From: an uncultured Deinococcaceae bacterium
GTDB taxonomy: Bacteria; Deinococcota; Deinococci; Deinococcales; Deinococcaceae
DNA: 64,000 nt
Reading direction: 5' to 3'
Assembly: GCA_964252075.1 (NCBI GenBank)
Contig: CAXULY010000008.1
Location: forward strand, 64,001 to 128,000
The notes beneath the pieces are model-generated. The model saw only the letters and a program-made list of their open reading frames with translations, was not told where the DNA came from and searched no databases. A program made the translations under genes and the position numbers. Shown here piece after piece: positions 46,201 through 57,530 of this stretch. Every line of letters begins with the position of its first letter. The first letter of the stretch is position 1.

Positions 46201-46525
46201 GGCTGACCCCCACCGCGTGCACGCGGACGTTCGCGAGGTCAATGCCCGCGAGCGTCCGCACCGCGTGCTCCACCCGCTCGGAGATGTTCGCGGCGACGGT
46301 CGGGATGCTCACGCCGTACGCGAGCACCACGAACAGGTCCGCGCTGAAGCGCCCGCTGTCCCGCGCGATGATCACGCCGTCGCGCGCCTGCGCGCGACCC
46401 AGCACGCGCTGAATGCCCTCGCGGAAGTTCGCGGGGGCCATGCCGACCACGCCCGGCACCTCGTGCGCCGTCAGGCCGATGAGCGAGGCGAGCGCCGCCT
46501 CGGTGATGGTGATGGAACCGTTCAC
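46193..46525 (-). CDS. Asp23/Gls24 family protein (YloU-like)
   Basis: GSITIT, GVVGMA, YGVSI, VRVH..GV; typical neighbour of DAK2. Confidence 0.92.
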   Translation of the reverse strand: MNGSITITEAALASLIGLTAHEVPGVVGMAPANFREGIQRVLGRAQARDGVIIARDSGRFSADLFVVLAYGVSIPTVAANISERVEHAVRTLAGIDLANVRVHAVGVSRG

Positions 46526-46623
46526 GCCGTTTACCTCCAGGTGAGCGCAGTATAGCCGGGCGGGTGAGACGCGGAACTTGTGGGCGCGTGAAGGTCCACC
46601 CCGGGTCCGCGGTGCGACATGCA

Positions 46624-46657
46624 GGTGGGGCCGCTGGCGTGCGCCAGCGGCCCCACC
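46624..46657 (-). terminator. Hairpin downstream of ald
   Basis: GGTGGGGCCGCTGGC-gtgc-GCCAGCGGCCCCACC. Confidence 0.7.
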
Positions 46658-46669
46658 CTGGCGGTGCGG

Positions 46670-47776
46670 TTAAGCCAGCGCCGCTTCGGGCTTCACACTC
46701 TCGATGCCGAAGGCCTCACCGACGCCTGCGAAGGTCAGCTGGCCCGTGCGGGTGTTGAGGCCCTTGCGGAGCGCGGCGTTGCGGGCGAGGGCGTCGAGGC
46801 CCTGATCGGCGAGCTGCGCGGCGTAAGGGAAGGTGGCGTTCGTGAGGGCGAGGGTGCTGGTGCGCGGCACGGCGCCCGGCATGTTCGCGACGCCGTAATG
46901 CACGACGCCGTCCACGGTGTACACGGGGTCGTCGTGGGTGGTGGCGTGGATGGTCTCCACGCAGCCGCCCTGGTCCACGGCGACGTCCACGATGACGCTG
47001 CCGGCCTGCATGCTGGGCAGCATGTCGCGCGTGACGAGGTGCGGGGCGCGCGCGCCCGGGATGAGCACGCCGCCGATCACGAGGTCACTCTCGGGGAGCA
47101 GCGCGCGGATGTTCGCCTCGCTGCTCATCATGGTGGTGAGGCGCCCGAAGAACACGTCGTCGAGGTACGCGAGGCGCTTCTGGCTGACGTCCAGCACCGT
47201 GACCTTCGCGCCGAGGCCCATCGCCATCTTCGCGGCGTTCGTGCCCACCACGCCACCGCCGATGATGAGGACGTGGCCGGGCTGCACGCCGGGCACGCCG
47301 CCGAGCAGCACGCCGCGCCCGCCGTTGGGTTTCTGCAGGTAGTACGCGCCCGCCTGCACACTCAGGCGGCCCGCGACCTCGCTCATGGGGGTGAGGAGGG
47401 GGAGGGCGCCGTCGTCGGTCTGCACGGTCTCGTAGGCGACGGCGGTGGTGCCGCTCTGCAGGAGCGCGTCGGTGAGGGGGCGGTCGGCGGCGAGGTGCAG
47501 GTACGTGAAGAGCAGCAGGTCGGGGCGCAGGAAGCCGTACTCGCTCTCCACGGGTTCCTTGACCTTCACGACCATCTGGGCGCCCCAGGCGTCCTGGGCG
47601 CTCCCCAGCTGCGCGCCGGCCGCCTCGTACTCGGTGTCGGCAAAGCCGCTGCCCGCGCCCGCGCCGCGTTCCACGAGGACGGTGTGCCCGCGCCGCACGA
47701 GGGTGGCGACGCCGCCGGGCGTCATGGCGACGCGGTTTTCCTTGACCTTGATTTCCTTGGGAACTCCGACGATCAT
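46670..47776 (-). CDS. ald: Alanine dehydrogenase
   Basis: [47 protein letters not shown]. Confidence 0.98.
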   Translation of the reverse strand: MIVGVPKEIKVKENRVAMTPGGVATLVRRGHTVLVERGAGAGSGFADTEYEAAGAQLGSAQDAWGAQMVVKVKEPVESEYGFLRPDLLLFTYLHLAADRPLTDALLQSGTTAVAYETVQTDDGALPLLTPMSEVAGRLSVQAGAYYLQKPNGGRGVLLGGVPGVQPGHVLIIGGGVVGTNAAKMAMGLGAKVTVLDVSQKRLAYLDDVFFGRLTTMMSSEANIRALLPESDLVIGGVLIPGARAPHLVTRDMLPSMQAGSVIVDVAVDQGGCVETIHATTHDDPVYTVDGVVHYGVANMPGAVPRTSTLALTNATFPYAAQLADQGLDALARNAALRKGLNTRTGQLTFAGVGEAFGIESVKPEAALA

Positions 47777-47923
47777 GCGTACCTCCAAACGGACGCTCGT
47801 TTGTGAACGTGCCTGATACCTCGAATGCTAGCAGGGGAGGGGGTGGTGGGGATTGCGCGCTGGCCTGCCGTTGCGCGGTGTGGCGCAATGGCGTTGCGTG
47901 ATTAGAGCGTTTATGCTGCGTGC

Positions 47924-48394
47924 ATGTCAGATCAGGGCATGGACGCAACCGACCGCCGCATTCTGGAGATCCTGCAGCGGGATGGGCGCCTGCCGAACAC
48001 CGAACTGGCCGACGAGATCGGCCTGACGCCCGCCCCGACCCTGCGCCGGGTGCGCCGCCTGGAGGAGGAGGGCGTGATCCGGCGCTACGTGGCGCTCCTC
48101 GACCCGAAGAAGGTGGGGCGCGACCTGATGGTGTTCGTGGAGGTGTCGCTGCACAAGCAGACGAAGCCGGGCTTCGAGACCTTCGCGGAGAAGATGCGCA
48201 AGCGCCCAGAGGTGCTGGAGTGCTACCTCACGCTGGGCGAGGCGGACTTTCTGCTGAAGGTGTGCGTCCCGGACCTGGACGCCTACCAGCGCTTCCTCGT
48301 GGATGTGCTGGCGGCCATTCCAGAGGTGAGCAACACCAAGAGCACCATCACGGTGAAGCAGGAGAAGCACACCACCATCCTTCCCCTGGAGTGA
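47924..48394 (+). CDS. Lrp/AsnC family regulator (probable AldR)
   Basis: DRRILEILQRDGR..N.ELA..IGL....RRVRRLE..GVI; divergent from ald. Confidence 0.95.
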   Translation: MSDQGMDATDRRILEILQRDGRLPNTELADEIGLTPAPTLRRVRRLEEEGVIRRYVALLDPKKVGRDLMVFVEVSLHKQTKPGFETFAEKMRKRPEVLECYLTLGEADFLLKVCVPDLDAYQRFLVDVLAAIPEVSNTKSTITVKQEKHTTILPLE

Positions 48395-48425
48395 TTTCTG
48401 AACCGCTTTGTTGTATAAAGTATAC

Positions 48426-49304
48426 ATGACCGATGCTGCCCCCACCGCCCCCCGCGCGCCGCTGAGCGCGGACCTCACCCTCGGCCCCGTGGAACTCACC
48501 GTGGGGAACCTGGAACGCAGCCTCACCTACTACACCCAGGCGCTCGGCCTGCGCCTGCTGGAACAGCGTGGCGCGGTGGCCCAGCTGGGCGTGGGGGAAC
48601 GCCCGCTGCTGACCCTCACCGGGCAGCCTGGCGCGACCCCCACCCGGCCCGGCAGTCCCGGCCTGTACCACTTCGCCATCCTGCTCCCCACCCGCGCCGA
48701 CCTCGGGCGCTTCGTGCGGCATTACGCGGGGCTTGGCCTGCGGCTCGGGCAGGGCGACCACCTCGTGAGCGAGGCCTTCTACACCAACGACCCGGACGGA
48801 CACGGCATCGAGGTGTACCGCGACCGCCCGCGCGACACCTGGCGCTGGCAGGGCGGGCAGGTGCAGATGGCCACGGACCCCGTGGACGTCCAGGGCCTCC
48901 TCGCGGAGCCCGGCGCGGACCGGCCCTTCACCGGCCTGCCCGACGGCACCGTGATGGGCCACGTGCACCTGCGCGTCACGGACATCCCCGCCGCCCGCGC
49001 CTTCTACGAGGGCCTGCTGGGCTTCGACGTGGTGGCCGCCATGCCGAGCGCCCTGTTCGTGTCGGTGGGCGGCTACCACCACCACCTCGGCCTGAACACC
49101 TGGCAGAGCGCGGGCGGAGCCCCAGCGCCCCTGGACAGCGCCCGCCTGCTCGCCGTGAACCTGCAGGTGCCTCACCCCGACGACCTCACCCGGCTCGCGC
49201 AGCGGCTCGCCGCGAACACGTACGCCCACACCCTTCGGGACGGGACGCTCAGCGTCACGGACCCGGCGGGCAACGCCCTGCACGTCACGGCCGCACCCAT
49301 CTGA
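48426..49304 (+). CDS. Two-domain VOC protein (catechol 2,3-dioxygenase CatE-like)
   Basis: GLYHFAILLP, DHLVSEAFY.NDPDGHGIEVY, GHVHL, GGYHHHLGLNTW. Confidence 0.92.
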   Translation: MTDAAPTAPRAPLSADLTLGPVELTVGNLERSLTYYTQALGLRLLEQRGAVAQLGVGERPLLTLTGQPGATPTRPGSPGLYHFAILLPTRADLGRFVRHYAGLGLRLGQGDHLVSEAFYTNDPDGHGIEVYRDRPRDTWRWQGGQVQMATDPVDVQGLLAEPGADRPFTGLPDGTVMGHVHLRVTDIPAARAFYEGLLGFDVVAAMPSALFVSVGGYHHHLGLNTWQSAGGAPAPLDSARLLAVNLQVPHPDDLTRLAQRLAANTYAHTLRDGTLSVTDPAGNALHVTAAPI

Positions 49305-49404
49305 GGGCAGGCGGAAGGGAGTGTGCACCGGCAAGGCGGACGGCGTCACGCGCTGGCCCCAAACCACTTTTGGCGCTGCGCGGGCGCACTGCTAAGCTCA
49401 GCGC

Positions 49405-50016
<612 letters not shown>

Positions 50017-50027
50017 CCGGGTGGTGC

Positions 50028-50295
50028 GGCGCATGCGGCGAAGGGAGTGGGAGATGACCGCCATCCCCTGCCGCCACCGGCCCGGGAGCGTCAGCTTCCG
50101 GGCCCCAGGAACTCCAACATGACTGAGCGCGTGAAAGAGCGCGCTGAGTGAGGGGGTCGCCGGGCGAGGCGTTCTTGGGGCGGTCTTCTTGAGGCCCCTG
50201 TAACCCAGGAGAGGGCCAGCGTGGCGGACGGCACCGCGCGCCCCAAGCGACAGCGCCCTGCATTCATGGCGGTCGTCCAGCTCTCGCCGTGCGCC
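50028..50295 (+). ncRNA. Candidate large structured non-coding RNA (unassigned family)
   Basis: End-to-end pairing 50053-64/50266-77, internal hairpins, kink-turn-like motif, and crossing helices 50071-77/50221-27 and 50174-82/50239-47. G-U pairs favour the + strand. Confidence 0.6.
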
Positions 50296-50462
50296 AGCAA
50301 TCCGTTCGGCGCTCCGAACGGTGTGCGGTGGTGCCGCCTCCGGGTGTTTCACCACCCCATTCAGCCCAGAAGGGCAATGCCTTCATCCGTGACGCGCGCC
50401 TGCCGTTTCAGTGACGTGCGGCCCACACGCCCCCGCCACGCAAAAGCTCTAGTCTGGGCCGT

Positions 50463-51488
50463 ATGTCAGCCGTGATTTCCCGCGACACCATTGCCGACCT
50501 GCGCTCCGACACCGTCACCACCCCCACGCCCGAGATGCGCCGCGCGATGGCGGAAGCGGTCGTGGGGGACGACGTGTACGGCGAGGACCCCACCGTGAAT
50601 GAGCTGCAGTCCGAGGCGGCGCGCCTGCTGGGCTTCGAGGCGGGCCTGTTCATGCCGTCCGGGAGCATGACGAACCAAGTCGCGATCGCGCTGCACACGC
50701 AGCGCGGGCAGGAGGTCATCTGCCCGGTCGGCGCGCACATCTACGAGTATGAACTCGGCATGATGGCGGCCTTCTCGGGCGTGGTGCCGCGCTTCGTGCC
50801 CGCGCCGCTGGGCGTGCCGGACCCGCAGGACATCCGCGCGAGCGTGGGGCGCAGCATCCACCAGAGCCCCACGGGCCTGATCGTGCTGGAGGACACGCAC
50901 AACCGCGCGGGCGGCACGGTGCTGCCGCTGGACGTGATTCGGGGCGCGCGGGAGGTGGCGGAGCAGGAGGGCCTGCCGCTGCACCTGGACGGCGCGCGCG
51001 TCATGAACGCGGCGGTCGCGCAGGGCGTGCCCGTGCGGGAGATCACGCAGCACTTCCACACCGTCAGCCTGTGCCTCAGCAAGGGCCTGGGCGCGCCCGT
51101 GGGGAGCGTGCTGGTGGGCAGCGCGGCGGACATGGCGCGCGCGCACCGCTACCGCAAGATGCTGGGGGGCGGCATGCGGCAGGCGGGCGTGCTGGCCGCC
51201 GCGGGCCTCATGGCGCTGCGCGAGGGCCCCACGCGGCTCGCGGAGGACCACCGCCGCGCGCGTCAACTCGCGGAGGCGCTCCTGAACGCCGGGTACGGCG
51301 TGGACCTCGCGAGCGTGCAGACGAACATGGTGTACGCGGACGTGCCGGACGCCGCCGAGCGCAGCCGCGCGTGGGCGGAGCACGGGGTGCGCGCCAACCC
51401 CACCGCGCCGGACCGCGTGCGCTTCGTGCTGCACCACCAGGTGACGGATGAGCTGCTCGCGCACGCCATCTCGGTCCTGACCGCCTGA
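50463..51488 (+). CDS. ltaE: Low-specificity L-threonine aldolase
   Basis: [43 protein letters not shown]. Confidence 0.96.
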   Translation: MSAVISRDTIADLRSDTVTTPTPEMRRAMAEAVVGDDVYGEDPTVNELQSEAARLLGFEAGLFMPSGSMTNQVAIALHTQRGQEVICPVGAHIYEYELGMMAAFSGVVPRFVPAPLGVPDPQDIRASVGRSIHQSPTGLIVLEDTHNRAGGTVLPLDVIRGAREVAEQEGLPLHLDGARVMNAAVAQGVPVREITQHFHTVSLCLSKGLGAPVGSVLVGSAADMARAHRYRKMLGGGMRQAGVLAAAGLMALREGPTRLAEDHRRARQLAEALLNAGYGVDLASVQTNMVYADVPDAAERSRAWAEHGVRANPTAPDRVRFVLHHQVTDELLAHAISVLTA

Positions 51489-51490
51489 GC

Positions 51491-52402
51491 GTGGCGGCGC
51501 CCGCCGATCCCCGCACGGCCCTCGCGGGGAACCGCGCGGTGCTGGTCCTCCTGATCGTGCAGAACGTGGTGGGCGGTCTCCTGCCACAGGTGGGATTGCC
51601 GCTGGGCGCCGCGCTCGCCGCGAGCTTCGTGGTGAGCGCGCTGGTGTTCTGGCTGTTCTTCCGCCCGCAGCTTCTGGCGCTGATCGCGTCCAGGCGCTGG
51701 CGCACGCCGCCCGCGCTGGGCGTGGCGCTCGGGGGTCTGCTGCTGGCGCTCATCGCGTCGCGCGGCGTGACGCTGTTCGTGGCGAGCGTGTGGCCGCAGA
51801 GCTTCCAGGGCGTCGCGAGCTTCACGGCCTCCGGGCCGGGGCTGTGGGTGCTGCTGGTGGCGGCGGGCCTGCTGGTGCCGCTCGCGGAGGAGGTGGCTTT
51901 CCGCGGCGTGCTGCTGCCCGGGTACGAGCGCGTGCGGCCCGCTGTCACGGCGGGGGTGCTGGCGGCGCTGGTGTTCGCGGGCGCGCACGGCCTGCCCGGG
52001 CAGGCGCTCGGCATCCTGCCGCTCGCGTGGGTCCTGATTCGCGCGGTGCAGCACAGCGGGAGCTTCTGGACGGGGTTCGCGGTGCACGCGGGGAACAACC
52101 TGCTGGCCGTGTGGCTGGGCAGCGCCCTCGCGCAGAACGAACGCCTGGATCAGCTCGCGAACGGCGTGGGAGACGTGCCGCTCGGCGCGGGCGTCGCGGG
52201 CCTCCTCGTGGGCGCGGCGGCGCTGGCGCTCGCCACGTGGTGGCTGCGCCCGCGCGACGTGACCGCCACGCCGCCCGCGTCCGGCCCGGTGTGGTCGGGG
52301 AGCCTCATCGTGATCGTGGTGCTGGTGGCCCTGCTGGCGCTGGCCGCGCTGGCGGCGGTGCTGTTCCCGCAGATCAACCTCGGCCTGCCGGGCGGAAGCT
52401 GA
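51491..52402 (+). CDS. CPBP (CAAX/Abi) family intramembrane metalloprotease
   Basis: EEVAFRG, FAGAH, VHAGNN; multiple TM segments. Confidence 0.9.
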   Translation: MAAPADPRTALAGNRAVLVLLIVQNVVGGLLPQVGLPLGAALAASFVVSALVFWLFFRPQLLALIASRRWRTPPALGVALGGLLLALIASRGVTLFVASVWPQSFQGVASFTASGPGLWVLLVAAGLLVPLAEEVAFRGVLLPGYERVRPAVTAGVLAALVFAGAHGLPGQALGILPLAWVLIRAVQHSGSFWTGFAVHAGNNLLAVWLGSALAQNERLDQLANGVGDVPLGAGVAGLLVGAAALALATWWLRPRDVTATPPASGPVWSGSLIVIVVLVALLALAALAAVLFPQINLGLPGGS

Positions 52403-52407
52403 GACAG

Positions 52408-52449
52408 GGGAAGGGGCGGGGCGGAAATCAATCCGCCCCGCCCCTTCCC
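52408..52449. terminator. Bidirectional terminator
   Basis: GGGAAGGGGCGGGGCGGA-aatcaa-TCCGCCCCGCCCCTTCCC. Confidence 0.82.
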
Positions 52450-52455
52450 TCGTGC

Positions 52456-53466
52456 CTAGTGTGCCGGTGCAGGCTGGGGTTTTGTGGTGACGCCCCCGAA
52501 CACCACCTTGCCGTTCTGGAAGCGGATGGGGTCGAGGCGCAGGCTGCGCTCGCCCGCGTCATTCCCGATGAAGCCCGCCGTCCAGGCGTGGTACGCCAGC
52601 CACCAGTGCCCGGCGGCGTCCTTCACGAGCGCCTGATGGCCGGGCCCGGCGACCTGCCCGGCGCTCACCACCAGCGGGTTGCCCGCGAACTTCTTGTACG
52701 GCCCCGTCACCTTCCGCGCGGTGGCGTAGCCCACGGCGTACAGGTCGCTGTCCCAGGGGCCAGCGCTGTACAGCAGGTAGTACACGCCGTCCTGCACGTG
52801 CAGGGTGGGCGCCTCAATCACGTTGCCCTCCCACAGCTCGTCGTTGCGGAAGAGTTCCGTGGGTTTCCCCGTGAGGCTCAGGCCGTCCGCGCTGAGCTTC
52901 TGGATGTACAGACCGGTCGGGAGGTTGCAGCAGTTCCCGTCGTTCTTGTAGATCAGGTAGTGCTGGCCGTCCGTGTCCGTGAAGGGGCTGGGGTCGATGC
53001 TGCCCCCGAGGTCCGCCTGGCACACCAGCGGCGCCTTCGACGCGTCATTGAAGGGCCCCAGGGGCGTGCTGGCCACGGCGGTGCTGATGCACTGGCGGCC
53101 GCTCTGGTCGTCGTGCGTGGTGTAGTACATGACGTACTTCGAGCCGAAACGCATGACTTCCGGCGCCCACGTGAGGCCGGGGCTCGCCCACGTGGGCTGC
53201 TGCCCCAGGGCGTCCCCCTGCTGCGCCCAGTGCACGAGGTCGCGGGACGTGGCGAGCTGAATGGCCTGCCCGCCGCTGCCCGTCGCGTACGCGTAGTACG
53301 TGCCGCTCACGTTCAGGATGAACGGGTCGGGGAAGTTCGTGTCCAGCACGGGGTTGGTGAAGGGGGCGCTCTTGGTCGTCACGGGTCCGGCTCCTCCGGC
53401 GAGCACGCCGCCGGTCAGGGTGAGTCCCAGGGCGAGGGTGGTGATGGTCTTGAGGATGCGCTGCAC
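52456..53466 (-). CDS. Secreted glycoside hydrolase family 43
   Basis: Signal peptide, NPV...FPDP, SRDLVHW, WAPEV, IDP, IEAP, GPGH; AAGGAG RBS. Confidence 0.93.
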   Translation of the reverse strand: MQRILKTITTLALGLTLTGGVLAGGAGPVTTKSAPFTNPVLDTNFPDPFILNVSGTYYAYATGSGGQAIQLATSRDLVHWAQQGDALGQQPTWASPGLTWAPEVMRFGSKYVMYYTTHDDQSGRQCISTAVASTPLGPFNDASKAPLVCQADLGGSIDPSPFTDTDGQHYLIYKNDGNCCNLPTGLYIQKLSADGLSLTGKPTELFRNDELWEGNVIEAPTLHVQDGVYYLLYSAGPWDSDLYAVGYATARKVTGPYKKFAGNPLVVSAGQVAGPGHQALVKDAAGHWWLAYHAWTAGFIGNDAGERSLRLDPIRFQNGKVVFGGVTTKPQPAPAH

Positions 53467-53532
53467 ACGGCTCCTTGAGGGTGAGGGGCGGGTGGCGGGG
53501 CGGGGCGGGACGGTCACGTCCCGCCCCGGCCG

Positions 53533-54417
<885 letters not shown>

Positions 54418-54418
54418 G

Positions 54419-55357
54419 TCAGTCCTCCCCGCGCGAGTCGCGCGCCATGATGCGGAACTGCAGGTACGTGAAGATCAGCATCACGAGGCCGAACAGGAAC
54501 GACATCGCGCCCGCCGAGGACACCTGGTTGTTCGTGAAGGCCTCCTCGGTGATGTACTGGATGACGCTCTGCGTGCTGCGGTTGGGTCCACCGCCCGTGA
54601 TGACGAGGGACTGCCCGTACAGCTGGAAGGACGCCAGCACGGTCGTCACCACGACGAACAGGGTCTGCGGGCCGAGCAGCGGCCACGTGATGAACCGGAA
54701 CTTCGCCCAGGGGGTCGCGCCGTCCAGGTCGGCGGCCTCGTAGTAACTCAGCGAGATGTTGCCGAGCGCCGCGAGGTACAGGGTCATGTTGAAGCCGACC
54801 GTCCACCACACGGTGCCCACGATGATCGGCACCCACGCGAGGCCCTCGGTGGACAGGAAGGGCAGCGGCTGGTTGTGCAGCAGGTCCGTGCGCACCGCGT
54901 TCACGAGCCCGATCTGGTTGTCGAACATCCAGCGCCATAAGATGCCCATCACGGACACCGTCAGGATGCCCGGCAGGAAGAACACCGCGCGGAAGAACGC
55001 CCGCCCGAAGATGGGGCGGTTCAGGAGCAGCGCGAGGCCCAGCGACGCGAACACCAGCAGGGGCACGCTGATGACGGTGAAGAGCCCGGTGTTCTTCATG
55101 GCGTTCCAGAAGAACTGGAACTGCGGGGTGGAGGTGTCGAAGAGGTTGCGGTAGTACTCCAGACCCACGAATGGGCGGGTTTCGGCGAGCAGGTCCCAGC
55201 GGTGCATGCTCACGTACACGCCGTACCCCACCGGGTACACCACGAACACCAGGAAGAACAGCAGGAAGGGCAGCAGGTACAGGTACGGCACGAGCGGGTT
55301 CGCGTCGCTGAAGCGCGAGCGACGCTTGGCCGTGCCGGGCGGGAACGTCGTGCTCAT
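54419..55357 (-). CDS. Carbohydrate ABC transporter permease (MalF-like)
   Basis: FVGLEYY, FFLP, YYEAADLDGA...FRFITWPLL. Confidence 0.96.
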   Translation of the reverse strand: MSTTFPPGTAKRRSRFSDANPLVPYLYLLPFLLFFLVFVVYPVGYGVYVSMHRWDLLAETRPFVGLEYYRNLFDTSTPQFQFFWNAMKNTGLFTVISVPLLVFASLGLALLLNRPIFGRAFFRAVFFLPGILTVSVMGILWRWMFDNQIGLVNAVRTDLLHNQPLPFLSTEGLAWVPIIVGTVWWTVGFNMTLYLAALGNISLSYYEAADLDGATPWAKFRFITWPLLGPQTLFVVVTTVLASFQLYGQSLVITGGGPNRSTQSVIQYITEEAFTNNQVSSAGAMSFLFGLVMLIFTYLQFRIMARDSRGED

Positions 55358-55415
55358 GGAAGGCTCCTCGGGGAGGATCGGCAGGTGCCACTCGGCCGCT
55401 GCAGAAAAGGGGAAA

Positions 55416-55437
55416 GCGCCCCCTTCTGCGGGGGCGC
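55416..55437 (-). terminator. Intra-operon hairpin after the substrate-binding protein gene
   Basis: GCGCCCCC/GGGGGCGC stem followed on the minus strand by TTTCCCCTTTT. Confidence 0.6.
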
Positions 55438-55449
55438 CCTGAGGGGACG

Positions 55450-56742
55450 TTACTGGAAGGACTTGCGGGCCTGGACGATCTGCTTGTTGGCCTCGCCCAC
55501 ACCGTCATCCAGGGCCTTCTTCACATCCTTCTTGCCGAGGTACGCGGCCTCCCACGCGGTGTCGAAGGGCCCCATCACCTGACCGCTCCAGGGGAAGCCA
55601 CTGATCGCGTAGATGCTGTTCAGCTTGGAGAACACCCCCTGAATGGGTCGCCCCTCGAACTTCTTGTCGTTCGCGACGGCGGCCTCCACGGGGAGGCTGC
55701 CCGCCTCGGTCCACGTGAGGTTCTGCGCGGGCGCGGTGATCCAGCTGATGAAGTCCAGCGCCGCCGCGCGCTTGTTCGGGTCGTAGCCGGGGCGCTGCTT
55801 GGGCAGCGTGAGGTGGCTGCTGCCGCCCCAGGCGGCGTCCATCTTGTTCCCGATGCGCGGCACGAAGGCCACGCCGAAGTTCATCTTCTGGCTCTCGAAG
55901 CGGTCAAGGTACCACTGGCCGCTGGGGAAGAAGCACACCTTGCCCTGGCTGAAGGCCGCGAGTTCCGCTTCCTCGGTGGAGCTGCCGCGCGCCACGCCGG
56001 ACTTCACCATGTCCACCAGGGACTGCACGGCCTGCACGGCCTGCGGGCTGTTGAAGGCGGCGTTCTGGTTCTTGTCGACCATGCTGCCGCCGTTCTGCAG
56101 CACCGCGGCGTAGGCCATGCGCGAGCCCACCCAGTTGTTGTAGAGGCTGATGCCCCAGGTGTTCAGGCTCTTGGCGTTGAAGCCCGCCTGCCCGGGGTGC
56201 TTGCCCGCGCTGTCGGTGGTGCAGGCGGCCGTGGCGGTCTTGAGTTCCGCGAGGGTGGTGGGCACCTTCGTGACGCCCGACTTCTTCATGAGGTCCTTGT
56301 TGTAGAACATCACGTAGGCGACCGAAGAGATGGGCACGCCGTAGGATTTGCCCTCGTAGTCGGCGGTCTTGAACAGCGGACCGTAGAAGCTCGCCTTGTT
56401 GATGCCCGCGGACTTCAGCTCGGCGTCCGTAAGGGGCGAGAGCGCGTTGCGCGCGATGAAGCCCGTGATCTGGTCCTCGTTGATCACGACGACGTCCGGG
56501 GAGCGACCCGACGCGACCAGCGACGGGAGCTGCTGCCAGGTGGTGCCCCACGGCTGCGCCTGCGAGCGCACCTGCACGTTCGGGTGCGTGGAGTTGTACT
56601 GCGCGATGAGCTTCTCCATGACGGGGCGGTCGGCGCCCGTGAAGCCGTTGAGGTACGTCAGCGTGACTTTGGGCCCGGTGTACGCGGCGCTGGCCGTTCC
56701 AGCAGCGAGCGCGAGCACGAGCATGCTTGTGCGTCGGATCAT
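55450..56742 (-). CDS. Sugar ABC transporter substrate-binding protein
   Basis: Signal peptide, PDVV, YGVP, MFYNKDL, PTT..EL. Confidence 0.95.
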   Translation of the reverse strand: MIRRTSMLVLALAAGTASAAYTGPKVTLTYLNGFTGADRPVMEKLIAQYNSTHPNVQVRSQAQPWGTTWQQLPSLVASGRSPDVVVINEDQITGFIARNALSPLTDAELKSAGINKASFYGPLFKTADYEGKSYGVPISSVAYVMFYNKDLMKKSGVTKVPTTLAELKTATAACTTDSAGKHPGQAGFNAKSLNTWGISLYNNWVGSRMAYAAVLQNGGSMVDKNQNAAFNSPQAVQAVQSLVDMVKSGVARGSSTEEAELAAFSQGKVCFFPSGQWYLDRFESQKMNFGVAFVPRIGNKMDAAWGGSSHLTLPKQRPGYDPNKRAAALDFISWITAPAQNLTWTEAGSLPVEAAVANDKKFEGRPIQGVFSKLNSIYAISGFPWSGQVMGPFDTAWEAAYLGKKDVKKALDDGVGEANKQIVQARKSFQ

Positions 56743-56825
56743 GATGCCTCCTCAGGCAGATGTCAGGGTGCAGGTGTCGCGGCGATCCTCTGGAGGGCGC
56801 TGACCTGTGGTTTGCGAACGCGCCT

Positions 56826-56855
56826 ATACTAACAAGAATTCTTGTTACGCGTCAA
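56826..56855 (-). promoter_or_regulatory. Sigma70 promoter with a palindromic operator in the spacer
   Basis: Minus strand TTGACG-18 nt-TAGTAT; perfect palindrome TAACAAGAATTCTTGTTA at 56830-56847; AT-rich upstream. Confidence 0.8.
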
Positions 56856-56927
56856 TTTTAAAGCACAATTAATCCAGCGCGGGGACCACCGGGCGAAGGC
56901 CTGTCCCCGCGCACCCTTGGTCCGGCG

Positions 56928-57494
56928 TCAGTCCTCGAACACCTGCGGCGGGTGCACCTCGCGCTCCCCGCCCGCCCGCACGTACGCGCTGCGCCCCAGG
57001 TACACCGGCACCTCCGCCAGCGCCAGCCGCGACGCATCGAAGGCCGCTCGCTCGAACCGCACCTGCTCCACGCGCCCCACGAACCAGTCGTGGTCGCCCG
57101 TGTGCACCACCTGCTCGATCACGCAGCTGTAGTACAGGTACGCGGCCTGCAACGCGGGCGCGTGCCCGCTCGCCTCAGGGTCTTCCAGCACGCCCAAGTT
57201 CAGCCGCGCGAACTTGTCGTGACCGTCATGCAGGCTCAGCACCCCGGCGCCCTGCACGGCGCGCGTGTCCGCGCTCGTCAGGAAATTCACGCCGAACCGA
57301 CCGGACGCCCGCATCAGCGCGTGCGTGGCGCGCTCCGGGCCGACCGCCACGCCGTACATGGGGGGGCGGCTGCTGCACGCGGCGTGCCAACCGGCGCTCA
57401 TCACGTTGCGTGTGCCCTCGTGCTGCGCCGTGACGAGCGCAACCGTGCCAGGGTAATAGCCGAAGAAATCCGAGGTCAGCGCGTCAAGCATCAC
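56928..57494 (-). CDS. Flavin reductase family protein
   Basis: NVMSAGW, PP, FGVNFL, DKF, TGDHDWFVGRV. Confidence 0.9.
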   Translation of the reverse strand: MMLDALTSDFFGYYPGTVALVTAQHEGTRNVMSAGWHAACSSRPPMYGVAVGPERATHALMRASGRFGVNFLTSADTRAVQGAGVLSLHDGHDKFARLNLGVLEDPEASGHAPALQAAYLYYSCVIEQVVHTGDHDWFVGRVEQVRFERAAFDASRLALAEVPVYLGRSAYVRAGGEREVHPPQVFED

Positions 57495-57530
57495 CGCTCA
57501 GCCTACGGCGGATTGCCCTCGCGCGCACGG

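Noticed and set aside
43537..46206. Very long alternative-frame ORFs (also 39189..41570, 56952..59549, 31558..33942, 11040..13148)
   Set aside because: They are antisense or out-of-frame shadows of well-supported genes. Stops are rare at this GC content and the translations are R/A/G/H-rich with no motifs.
47911..47927. RDRM-like TTATGCTGCGTGCATGT (and TTATGATGGCCGCATGA at 14046-14062)
   Set aside because: The symmetry arises from a -10 box followed by gcATG in leaderless genes, and the terminal AA is missing.
50224..50261. T-box-like GGACGGCACCGCG suggesting a T-box leader for ltaE
   Set aside because: The bulge reads CGGCACC rather than UGGNACC, I found no AG-bulge/specifier Stem I or U-tailed terminator, and ltaE has its own proximal -10. 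It remains a minor alternative for the ncRNA candidate.
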